Assembly (NCBI GenBank): GCA_964016885.1
Contig: OZ024741.1
Location: forward strand, 23,622,001-23,686,000
Reading direction: 5' to 3'
From: Eledone cirrhosa
Lineage: Eukaryota
DNA: 64,000 bases
The position numbers were made by a program, and so were the translations under genes. The stretch's first letter is position 1, and each line of letters opens with the position of its first letter. Under the pieces are notes generated by a model, which did no database searches, was not told where the DNA came from, and saw only the letters and a program-made list of their open reading frames with translations. Below are positions 46,214-59,300 of this stretch, one piece after another.

Positions 46214-49200
46214 CTGATACCCACTGGATAGGACACCAGTCTATCACAGGGTTAACACCTAGCTGAAGAACAATCCCAAATGGATAGGACACCAGTCTAT
46301 CACAGGGTTAACACACAGCTGAAGAACAATCCCAACTGGATAGGACACCAGTCTATCACAGGGTTATCACTCAGCTGAAGAACAATTCCAACTGGATAGG
46401 ACACCAGTCTATCAGAGGGTTAACACTCAGCTGAAGAACAATTCCAACTGGATAGGACACCAGTCTATCACAGGGTTAACACCTAGCTGAAGAACAATCC
46501 CAAATGGATAGGACACCAGTCTATCACAGGGTTAACACTCAGCTGAAGAACAATCCCAAATGGATAGGACACCAGTCTATCAGAGGGTTAACACTCAGCT
46601 GAAGAACAATTCCAACTGGATAGGACACCAGTCTATCACAGGGTTAACACTCAGCTGAAGAACAATTCAAACTGGATAGGACACCAGTCTATCACAGGGT
46701 TAACACTCAGCAGAAGAACAATTCCAACTGGATAGGACACCAGTCTATCACAGGGTTAACACTCAGCTGAAGAACAATTCCAACTGGATAGGACACCAGT
46801 CTATCACAGGGTTAACACACAGCTGAAGAATAATTCCAACTGGATAGGACACCAGTCTATCACAGGGTTAACACACAGCTGAAGAACAATTCCAACTGGA
46901 TAGGACACCAGTCTATCACAGGGTTAACACTCAGCTGAAGAACAATTCCAACTGGATAGGACACCAGTCTATCACAGGGTTAACACTCAGCTAAAGAACA
47001 ATCCCAACTGGATAGGACACCAGTCTATCACAGGGTTAACACTGAGCTGAAGAACAATCCCAAATGGATAGGACACCAGTCTATCAGAGGGTTAACACTC
47101 AGCTGAAGAACAATTCCAACTGGATAGGACACCAGTCTATCACAGGGTTAACACTCAGCTGAAGAACAATTCCAACTGGATAGGACACCAGTCTATCACA
47201 GGGTTAACACTCAGCTGAAGAACAATTCCAACTGGATAGGACACCAGTCTATCACAGGGTTAACACACAGCTGAATAACAATTCCAACTGGATAGGACAC
47301 CAGTCTATCACAGGGTTAACACACAGCTGAAGAACAATTCCAACTGGATAGGACACCAGTCTATCACAGGGTTAACACTCAGCTGAAGAACAATTCCAAC
47401 TGGATAGGACACCAGTCTATCACAGGGTGAACACTCAGCTAAAGAACAATCCCAACTGGATAGGACACCAGTCTATAACAGGGTTAACACTCAGCTGAAG
47501 AACAATTCCAACTGGATAGGACACCAGTCTATCACAGGGTTAACACTCAGCTGAAGAACAATTCCAAATGGATAGGACACCAGTCTATCACAGGGTTAAC
47601 ACACAGCTGAAGAACAATTCCAACTGGATAGGACACCAGTCTATCACAGGGTTAACACACAGCTGAAGAACAATTCCAACTGGATAGGACACCAGTCTAT
47701 CACAGGGTTAACACTCAGCTGAAGAACAATTCCAACTGGATAGGACACCAGTCTATCACAGGGTTAACACTCAGCTGAAGAACAATTCCAACTGGATAGG
47801 ACACCAGTTTATCACAGGGTTATCACTCAGCTGAAGAACAATTCCAACTGGATAGGACACCAGTCTATGACAGGGTTAACACACAGCTGAAGAACAATTC
47901 CAACTGGATAGGACACCAGTTTATCACAGGGTTATCACTCAGCTGAAGAACAATTCCAACTGGATAGGACACCAGTCTATCACAGGGTTAACACACAGCT
48001 GAAGAACAATTCCAACTGGATAGGACACCAGTCTATCACAGGGTTAACACACAGCTGAAGAACAATTCCAACTGGATAGGACACCAGTCTATCAGAGGGT
48101 TAACACTCAGCTGAAGAACAATTCCAACTGGATAGGACACCAGTCTATCACAGGGTTAACACTCAGCTGAAGAACAATTCCAACTGGATAGGACACCAGT
48201 CTATCACAGGGTCAACACTCAGCAGAAGAACCATTCCAACTGGTTAGGACACCAGTCTATCAGAGGGTTAACACTCAGCTGAAGAACAATTCCAACTGGA
48301 TAGGACACCAGTCTATCAGAGGGTTAACACCTAGCTGAAGAACAATTCCAACTGGATAGGACACCAGTCTATCACAGGGTTAACACTCAGCTGAAGAACA
48401 ATTCCAACTGGATAGGACACCAGTCTATCACAGGGTTAACACACAGCTGAAGAACAATTCCAACTGGATAGGACACCAGTCTATCACAGGGTTAACACTC
48501 AGCTGAAGAACAATTCCAACTGGATAGGACACCAGTCTATCACAGGGTTAACACTCAGCTAAAGAACAATCCCAACTGGATAGGACACCAGTCTATCACA
48601 GGGTTAACACTCAGCTGAAGAACAATTCCAACTGGATAGGACACCAGTCTATCACAGGGTTAACACTCAGCTGAAGAACAATTCCAACTGGATAGGACAC
48701 CAGTCTATCACAGGGTTAACACACAGCTGAAGAACAATTCCAACTGGATAGGACACCAGTCTATCACAGGGTTCACACACAGCTGAAGAACAATTCCAAC
48801 TGGATAGGACACCAGTCTATCACAGGGTAACACTCAGCTGAAGAACAATTCCAACTGGATAGGACACCAGTCTATCACAGGGTTAACACTCAGCTGAAGA
48901 TCAATCCCAACTGGATAGGACACCAGACTATCACAGGGTTATCACTCAGCTGAAGAACAATTCCAACTGGATAGGACACCAGTCTATCAGAGGGTTAACA
49001 CTCAGCTGAAGAACAATTCCAACTGGATAGGACACCAGTCTATCACAGGGTTAACACCTAGCTGAAGAACAATCCCAAATGGATAGGACACCAGTCTATC
49101 ACAGGGTTAACACTCAGCTGAAGAACAATCCCAAATGGATAGGACACCAGTCTATCAGAGGGTTAACACTCAGCTGAAGAACAATTCCAACTGGATAGGA

Positions 49201-50915
49201 CACCAGTCTATCACAGGGTTAACACTCAGCTGAAGAACAATTCCAACTGGATAGGACACCAGTCTATCACAGGGTTAACACTCAGCTGAAGAACAATTCC
49301 AACTGGATAGGACACCAGTCTATCACAGGGTTAACACACAGCTGAAGAACAATTCCAACTGGATAGGACACCAGTCTATCACAGGGTTAACACTCAGCTA
49401 AAGAACAATCCCAACTGGATAGGACACCAGTCTATCACAGGGTTAACACTCAGCTGAAGAACAATTCCAACTGGATAGGACACCAGTCTATCACAGGGTT
49501 AACACTCAGCTGAAGAACAATTCCAACTGGATAGGACACCAGTCTATCACAGGGTTAACAGACAGCTGAAGAACAATTCCAACTGGATAGGACACCAGTC
49601 TATCACAGGGTTAACACACAGCTGAAGAACAATTCCAACTGGATAAGACACCAGTCTATCACAGGGTTAACACTCAGCTGAAGAACAATTCCAACTGGAT
49701 AGGACACCAGTCTATCACAGGGTTAACACTCAGCTGAAGAACAATTCCAACTGGATAGGACACCAGTCTATCACAGGGTTAACACTCAGCTAAAGAACAA
49801 TCCCAACTGGATAGGACACCAGTCTATCACAGGGTTAACACTCAGCTGAAGAACAATTCCAACTGGATAGGACACCAGTCTATCACAGGGTTAACACTCA
49901 GCTGAAGAACAATTCCAACTGGATAGGACACCAGTCTATCACAGGGTTAACACACAGCTGAAGAACAATTCCAACTGGATAGGACACCAGTCTATCACAG
50001 GGTTAACACACAGCTGAAGAACAATTCCAACTGGATAGGACACCAGTCTATCACAGGGTTAACACTCAGCTGAAGAACAATTCCAACTGGATAGGACACC
50101 AGTCTATCACAGGGTTAACACTCAGCTGAAGAACAATTCCAACTGGATAGGACACCAGTTTATCACAGGGTTATCACTCAGCTGAAGAACAATTCCAACT
50201 GGATAGGACACCAGTCTATCACAGGGTAACACACAGCTGAAGAACAATTCCAACTGGATAGGACACCAGTCTATCACAGGGTTAACACACAGCTGAAGAA
50301 CAATTCCAACTGGATAGGACACCAGTCTATCAGAGGGTTAACACTCAGCTGAAGAACAATTCCAACTGGATAGGACACCAGTCTATCACAGGGTTATCAC
50401 TCAGCTGAAGAACAATTCCAACTGGATAGGACACCAGTCTATCACAGGGTTAACACACAGCTGAAGAACAACTCCAACCGGATAGGACACCAGTGTATCA
50501 CAGGGTTAACACACAGCTGAAGAACAATTCCAACTGGATAGGACACCAGTCTATCACAGCGTTAACACTCAGCTGAAGAACAATTCCAACTGGATAGGAC
50601 ACCAGTCTATCACAGGGTTAACACTCAGCAGAAGAACCATTCCAACTGGATAGGACACCAGTCTATCAGAGGGTTAACACTCAGCTGAAGAACAATTCCA
50701 ACTGGATAGGACACCAGTCTATCACAGGGTTAACACCTAGCTGAAGAAAAATTCCAACTGGATAGGACACCAGTCTATCACAGGGTTAACACCTAGCTGA
50801 AGGACAATTCCAACTGGATAGGACACCAGTCTATCACAGGGTTAACACCTAGCTGAAGAACAATTCCAACTGGATAGGACACCAGTCTATCACAGGGTTA
50901 ACACACAGCTGAAGA
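46214..50915. repeat. Higher-order repeat block A (84-mer, 4,702 bp), copy 3
   Basis: Marker monomers at 46214 and 50916. TTCAAAC at +455 and ORF-track hit at +3908. Confidence 0.9.
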
Positions 50916-51899
50916 CTGATACCCACTGGATAGGACACCAGTCTATCACAGGGTTAACACCTAGCTGAAGAACAATCCCAAATGGATAGGACACCAGTCT
51001 ATCACAGGGTTAACACACAGCTGAAGAACAATCCCAACTGGATAGGACACCAGTCTATCACAGGGTTATCACTCAGCTGAAGAACAATTCCAACTGGATA
51101 GGACACCAGTCTATCAGAGGGTTAACACTCAGCTGAAGAACAATTCCAACTGGATAGGACACCAGTCTATCACAGGGTTAACACCTAGCTGAAGAACAAT
51201 CCCAAATGGATAGGACACCAGTCTATCACAGGGTTAACACTCAGCTGAAGAACAATTCCAACTGGATAGGACACCAGTCTATCACAGGGTTAACACACAG
51301 CTGAAGAACAATTCCAACTGGATAGGACACCAGTCTATCACAGGGTTAACACTCAGCTAAAGAACAATCCCAACTGGATAGGACACCAGTCTATAACAGG
51401 GTTAACACTCAGCTGAAGAACAATTCCAACTGGATAGGACACCAGTTTATCACAGGGTTATCATTCAGCTGAAGAACAATTCCAACTGGATAGGACACCA
51501 GTCTATCAGAGGGTTAACACCTAGCTGAAGAACAATTCCAACTGGATAGGACACCAGTCTATCACAGGGTTAACACTCAGCTGAAGAACAATTCCAACTG
51601 AATAGGACACCAGTCTATCACAGGGTTAACACACAGCTGAAGAACAATTCCAACTGGATAGGACACCAGTCTATCACAGGGTTAACACCTAGCTGAAGAA
51701 CAATCCCAAATGGATAGGACACCAGTCTATCACAGGGTTAACACTCAGCTGAAGAACAATTCCAACTGGATAGGACACCAGTCTATCACAGAGTTAACAC
51801 TCAGCTGAAGAACAATTCCAATTGGATAGGACACCAGTCTATCACAGGGTTAACACACAGCTGAAGAACAATTCCAACTGGATAGGACACCAGTCTATC

Positions 51900-54800
51900 A
51901 CAGGGTTAACACTCAGCTGAAGAACAATTCCAACTGGATAGGACACCAGTCTATCACATGGTTAACACTCAGCTGAAGAACCATTCCAACTGGATAGGAC
52001 ACCAGTCTATCAGAGGGTTAACACTCAGCTGAAGAACAATTCCAACTGGATAGGACACCAGTCTATCAGAGGGTTAACACCTAGCTGAAGAACAATTCCA
52101 ACTGGATAGGACACCAGTCTATCACAGGGTTAACACACAGCTGAAGAACAATTCCAACTGGATAGGACACCAGTCTATCACAGGGTTAACACACAGCTGA
52201 AGAACAATTCCAACTGGATAGGACACCAGTCTATCACAGGGTTAACACTCAGCTGAAGAACAATTCCAACTGGATAGGACACCAGTCTATCACAGGGTTA
52301 ACACTCAGCTGAAGAACAATTCCAACTGGATAGGACACCAGTCTATCAGAGGGTTAACACTCAGCTGAAGAACAATTCCAACTGGATAGGACACCAGTCT
52401 ATCAGAGGCTTAACACCTAGCTGAAGAACAATTCCAACTGGATAGGACACCAGTCTATCACAGGGTTAACACTCAGCTGAAGAACAATTCCAACTGGATA
52501 GGACACCAGTCTATCAGAGGGTTAACACTCAGCTGAAGAACAATTCCAACTGGATAGGACACCAGTCTATCAGAGGGTTAACATCTAGCTGAAGAACAAT
52601 TCCAACTGGATAGGACACCAGTCTATCACAGGGTTAACACACAGCCGAAGAACAATTCCAACAGGATAGGACATCAGTCTATCACAGAGCTGAAGAACAA
52701 TTCCAACTGGATAGGACACCAGTCTATCACAGGGTTAACACACAGCTGAAGAACAATTCCAACTGGACAGGACACCAGTCTATCACAGGGTTAACACACA
52801 GCTGAAGAACAACTCCAACTGGATAGGACACCAGTCTATCACAGGGTTAACACTCAGCTGAAGAACAATTCCAACTGGATAGGACACCAGTCTATCAGAG
52901 GGTGAACACTCAGCTGAAGAACAATTCCAACTGGATAGGACACCAGTCTATCACAGGGTTATCACTCAGCTGAAGAACAATTCCAACTGGATAGGACACC
53001 AGTCTATCACACGGTTAACACACAGCTGAAGAACAATTCCATCTGGATAGGACACCAGTCTATCACAGGGTTAACACACAGCTGAAGAACAATTCCAACT
53101 GGATAGGACACCAGTCTATCACAGGGTTAACACTCAGCTGAAGAACAATTCCAACTGGATAGGACACCAGTCTATCAGAGGGTTAACACCTAGCTGAAGA
53201 ACAATTCCAACTGGATAGGACACCAGTCTATCACAGGGTTAACACTCAGCTGAAGAACAATTCCAACTGGATAGGACACCAGTCTATCACAGGGTTAACA
53301 CTCAGCTGAAGAACAATTCCAACTGGATAGGACACCAGTCTATCACAGGGTTATCACTCAGCTGAAGAACAATTCCAACTGGATAGGACACCAGTCTATC
53401 ACAGGGTTAACACACAGCTGAAGAACAATTCCATCTGGATAGAACATCAGTCTATCACAGGGTTAACACACAGCTGAAGAACAATTCCAACTGGATAGGA
53501 CACCAGTCTATCACAGGGTTAACACTCAGCTGAAGAACAATTCCAACTGGATAGGACACCAGTCTATCACAGGGTTAACACTCAGCTGAAGAACAATTCC
53601 AACTGGATAGGACACCAGTCTATCAGAGGGTTAACACTCAGCTGAAGAACAATTCCAACTGGATAGGACACCAGTCTATCAGAGGGTTAACACCTAGCTG
53701 AAGAACAATTGCAACTGGTTAGGACACCAGTCTATCAGAGGGTTAACACTCAGCTGAAGAACAATTCCAACTGGATAGGACACCAGTCTATCACAGGGTT
53801 ATCACTCAGCTGAAGAACAATTCCAACTGGATAGGACACCAGTCTATCACAGGGTTAACACACAGCTGAAGAACAATTCCATCTGGATAGGACACCAGTC
53901 TATCACAGGGTTAACACACAGCTGAAGAACAATTCCAACTGGATAGGACACCAGTCTATCACAGGGTTAACACTCAGCTGAAGAACAATTCCAACTGGAT
54001 AGGACACCAGTCTATCACAGGGTTAACACTCAGCTGAAGAACCATTCCAACTGGATAGGACACCAGTCTATCAGAGGGTTAACACTCAGCTGAAGAACAA
54101 TTCCAACTGGATAGGACACCAGTCTATCAGAGGGTTAACACCTAGCTGAAGAACAATTCCAACTGGATAGGACACCAGTCTATCACAGGGTTAACACACA
54201 GCTGAAGAACAATTCCAACTGGATAGGACACCAGTCTATCACAGGGTTAACACACAGCTGAAGAACAATTCCAACTGGATAGGACACCAGTCTATCACAG
54301 GGTTAACACTCAGCTGAAGAACAATTCCAACTGGATAGGACACCAGTCTATCACAGGGTTAACACTCAGCTGAAGAACAATTCCAACTGGATAGGACACC
54401 AGTCTATCAGAGGGTTAACACTCAGCTGAAGAACAATTCCAACTGGATAGGACACCAGTCTATCAGAGGGTTAACACCTAGCTGAAGAACAATTCCAACT
54501 GGATAGGACACCAGTCTATCACAGGGTTAACACTCAGCTGAAGAACAATTCCAACTGGATAGGACACCAGTCTATCAGAGGGTTAACACTCAGCTGAAGA
54601 ACAATTCCAACTGGATAGGACACCAGTCTATCAGAGGGTTAACATCTAGCTGAAGAACAATTCCAACTGGATAGGACACCAGTCTATCACAGGGTTAACA
54701 CACAGCTGAAGAACAATTCCAACAGGATAGGACACCAGTCTATCACAGGGTTATCACACAGCTGAAGAACAATTCCAACTGGATAGGACACCAGTCTATC

Positions 54801-55150
54801 ACAGGTTTAACACACAGCTGAAGAACAACTCCAACTGGATAGGACACCAGTCTATCACAGGGTTAACACTCAGCTGAAGAACAATTCCAACTGGATAGGA
54901 CACCAGTCTATCAGAGGGTGAACACTCAGCTGAAGAACAATTCCAACTGGATAGGACACCAGTCTATCACAGGGTTATCACTCAGCTGAAGAACAATTCC
55001 AACTGGATAGGACACCAGTCTATCACAGGGTTAACTTACAGCTGAAGAACAATTCCATCTGGATAGGACACCAGTCTATCACAGGGTTAACATACAGCTG
55101 AAGAACAATTCCAACTGGATAGGACACCAGTCTATCACAGGGTTAACACT
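51900..55150. repeat. Diverged duplication, offset 2,061 then 2,016 bp (36-37 monomers)
   Basis: ACATCTAG 52581/54642 and ACAGGATAG 52661/54722 (2,061 bp). GGTGAAC 52901/54917 (2,016 bp), after a 45-bp truncated monomer at ~52687. Confidence 0.8.
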
Positions 55151-56349
55151 CAGCTGAAGAACAATTCCAACTGGATAGGACACCAGTCTATCACAGGGTT
55201 AACACACAGCTGAAGAACAATTCCAACTGGATAGGACACCGGTCTATCACAGGGTTAACACTCAGCTGAAGAACAATTCCAAATGGATAGGACACCAGTC
55301 TATCACAGGGTTAACAGCTAGCTGAAGAACAATCCCAAACGGATAGGACACCAGTCTATCACAGGGTCAACACTCAGCTGAAGAACAATCCCAACTGGAT
55401 AGGACACCAGTCTATCACAGGGTTAACACTCAGCTGAAGAACAATTCCAACTTGATAGGACACCAGTCTATCACAGGGTTAACACTCAGCTGAAGAACAA
55501 TTCCAACTGGATAGGACACCAGTCTATCACAGGGTTATCACTCAGCTGAAGAACAATTCCAACTGGATAGGACACCAGTCTATCAGAGGGTTAACACTCA
55601 GCTGAAGAACAATTCCAACTGGATAGGACACCAGTCTATCAGAGGGTTAACACTCAGCTGAAGAACAATTCCAACTGGATAGGACACCAGTCTATCAGAG
55701 GGTTAACACTCAGCTGAAGAACAATTCCAACTGGATAGGACACCAGTCTATCAGAGGGTTAACACTCAGCTGAAGAACAATTCCAACTGGATAGGACACC
55801 AGTCTATCACAGGGTTAACACTCAGCTGAAGAACAATTCCAACTTGATAGGACACCAGTCTATCACAGGGTTAACACTCAGCTAAAGAACAATTCCAACT
55901 GGATAGGACACCAGTCTATCACAGGGTTATCACTCAGCTGAAGAACAATTCCAACTGGATAGGACACCAGTCTATCAGAGGGTTAACACTCAGCTGCAGA
56001 ACAATTCCAACTGGATAGGACACCAGTCTATCAGAGGGTTAACACTCAGCTGAAGAACAATTCCAACTGGATAGGACACCAGTCTATCAGAGGGTTAACA
56101 CTCAGCTGAAGAACAATTCCAACTGGATAGGACACCAGTCTATCAGAGGGTTAACACTCAGCTGAAGAACAATTCCAACTGGATAGGACACCAGTCTATC
56201 AGAGGGTTAACACTCAGCTGAAGAACAATTCCAACTGGATAGGACACCAGTCTATCAGAGGGTTAACACTCAGCTGAAGAACAATTCCAACTGGATAGGA
56301 CACCAGTCTATCAGAGGGGTAACACTCAGCTGAAGAACAATTCCAACCT

Positions 56350-59300
56350 GATAGGACACCAGTCTATCACAGGGTTAACACTCAGCTGAAGAACAATTTC
56401 AAATGGATAGGACACCAGTCTATCAGAGGGTTAACACCTAGCTGAAGAACAATTCCAACTGGATAGGACACCAGTCTATCAGAGGGTTAACACTCAGCTG
56501 AAGAACAATCCCAACTGGATAGGACACCAGTCTATCACAGGGTTAACACTCAGCTGAAGAACAATTCCAACTGGATAGGACACCAGTCTATCACAGGGTT
56601 AACACACAGCTGAAGAACAATTCCAACTGGATAGGACACCAGTCTATCACAGGGTTAACACACAGCTGAAGAACAATTCCAACTGGATAGGACACCAGTC
56701 TATCAGAGGGTTAACACACAGCTGAAGAACAATTCCAACTGGATAGGACACCAGTCTATCAGAGGGTTATCACTCAGCTGAAGAACAATTCCAACTGGAT
56801 AGGACACCAGTCTATCAGAGGGTTAACACTCAGCTGAAGAACAATTCCAACTGGATAGGACACCAGTCTATCACAGGGTTAACACTCAGCTGAAGAACAA
56901 TTCCAACTGGATAGGACATCAGTCTATCACAGGGTTAACACACAGCTGAAGAACAATTCCAACTGGATAGGACACCAGTCTATCAGAGGGTTAACACTCA
57001 GATCAAGAACAATTCCAACTGGATAGGACACCAATCTATCAGAGGGTTATCACTCAGCTGAAGAACAATTTCAACTGGATAGGACACCAGTCTATCAGAG
57101 GGTTAACACTCAGCTGAAGAACAATTCCAACTGGATAGGACACCAGTCTATCAGAGGGTTAACACTCAGCTGAAGAACAATTCCAACTGGATAGGACACC
57201 AGTCTATCACAGGGTTAACACTCAGCTGAAGAGCAATTTCAAATGGATAGGACACAAGTCTATCAGAGGGTTATCACTCAGCTGAAGAACAATTCCAACT
57301 GGATAGGACACCAGTCTATCAGAGGGTTAACACACAGCTGAAGAACAATTCCAACTGGATAGGACACCAGTCTATCAGAGGGTTAACACTCAGCTGAAGA
57401 ACAATCCCAACTGGATCAGACACCAGTCTATCACAGAGTTAACACTCAGCTGAAGAACAATTCCAACTGGATAGGACACCAGTCTATCACAGGGTTAACA
57501 CACAGCTGAAGAACAATTCCAACTGGATAGGACACCAGTCTATCACAGGGTTAACACTCAGCTGAAGAACAATTCCAACTGGATAGGACACCAGTCTATC
57601 ACAGGGTTAACACACAGCTGAAGAACAATTCCAACTGGATAGGACACCAGTCTATCAGAGGGTTAACACACAGGTGAAGAACAATTCCAACTGGATAGGA
57701 CACCAGTCTATCAGAGGGTTCACACTCAGCTGAAGAACAATTCCAACTGGATAGGACACCAGTCTATCACAGGGTTAACACTCAGCTGAAGAACAATTCC
57801 AACTGCATAGGACACCAGTCTATCAGAGGGTTATCACTCAGCTGAAGAACAATTCCAACTGGATAGGACACCAGTCTATCAGAGGGTTAACACTCAGCTG
57901 AAGAACAATTCCAACTGGATAGAACACCAGTCTATCACAGGGTTAACACTCAGCTGAAGAACAATTCCAACTGGATAGGACACCAGTCTATCACAGGGTT
58001 AACACACAGCTGAAGAACAATTCCAACTGGATAGGACACCAGTCTATTAGAGGGTTGAGACTCAGCTCAAGAACAATTCCAACTGGATAGGACACCAATC
58101 TATCAGAGGGTTAGCACTAAGCTGAAGAACAATTCCATCTGGATAGGACACCAGTCTATCACAGGGTTAACACACAGCAGAAGAACAATTCCAACTGGAT
58201 AGGACACCAGTCTATCACAGGGTTAACACTCAGCTGAAGAACAATTCCAACTGGATAGGACACCAGTCTATCACAGGGTTATCACTCAGCTGAAGAACAA
58301 TTCCAACTGGATAGGACACCAGTCTATCAGAGGGTTATCACTCAGCTGAAGAACAATTCCAACTGGATAGGACACCAGTCTATCACAGGGTTAACACTCA
58401 GCTGAAGAACAATTCCAACTGGATAGGACACCAGTCTATCACAGGGTTATCACTCAGCTGAAGAACAATTCCAACTGGATAGGACACCAGTCTATCAGAG
58501 GGTTAACACACAGCTGAAGAACAATTCCAACTGGATAGGACACCAGTCTATCAGAGGGTTATCACTCAGCTGCAGAACAATTCCAACTGGATAGGACACC
58601 AGTCTATCACAGGGTTAACACTCAGCTGAAGAACAATTCCAACTGGATAGGACACCAGTCTATCAGAGGGTTAACACTCAGCTGAAGAACAATTCCAACT
58701 GGATAGGACATCAGTCTATCAGAGGGTTAACACTCAGCTGAAAAACAATTCCAACTGGATAGGACACCAGTCTATCACAGGGATAACACTCAGCTGAAGA
58801 ACAATTCCAACTGGATAGGACACCAGTCTATCACAGGGTTAACACTCAGCTGAAGAACAATTCCAACTGGATAGGACACCAGTCTATCACAGGGTTAACA
58901 CACAGCTGAAGAACAATCCCAACTGGATAGGACACCAGTCTATCACAGGGTTAACACTCAGCTGAAGAACAATGCCAACTGGATAGGACACCAGTCTATC
59001 AGAGGGTTAACACTCAGCTGAAGAACAATTCCAACTGGATAGGACACCAGTCTATCAGAGGGTTAACACTCAGCTGAAGAACAATTCCAACTGGATAGGA
59101 CACCAGTCTATCAGAGGGTTAACACTCAGCTGAAGAACAATTCCAACTGGATAGGACACCAGTCTATCACAGGGTTAACACTCAGCTGAAGAACAATTCC
59201 AACTGGATAGGACACCAGTCTATCACAGGGTTAACACTCAGCTGAAGAACAATTCCAACTGGATAGGACACCAGTCTATCAGAGGGTTAACACTCAGCTG

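Noticed and set aside
15756-50322. Seven 66-aa minus-strand ORFs (MSYPVGIVLQL...)
   Set aside because: They are translations of ~3.5 monomers starting at GTG. They stay open only because the GGGTAACACAC 1-bp-deletion monomer bypasses the stops present in the consensus. They recur with the HOR blocks and have no gene context.
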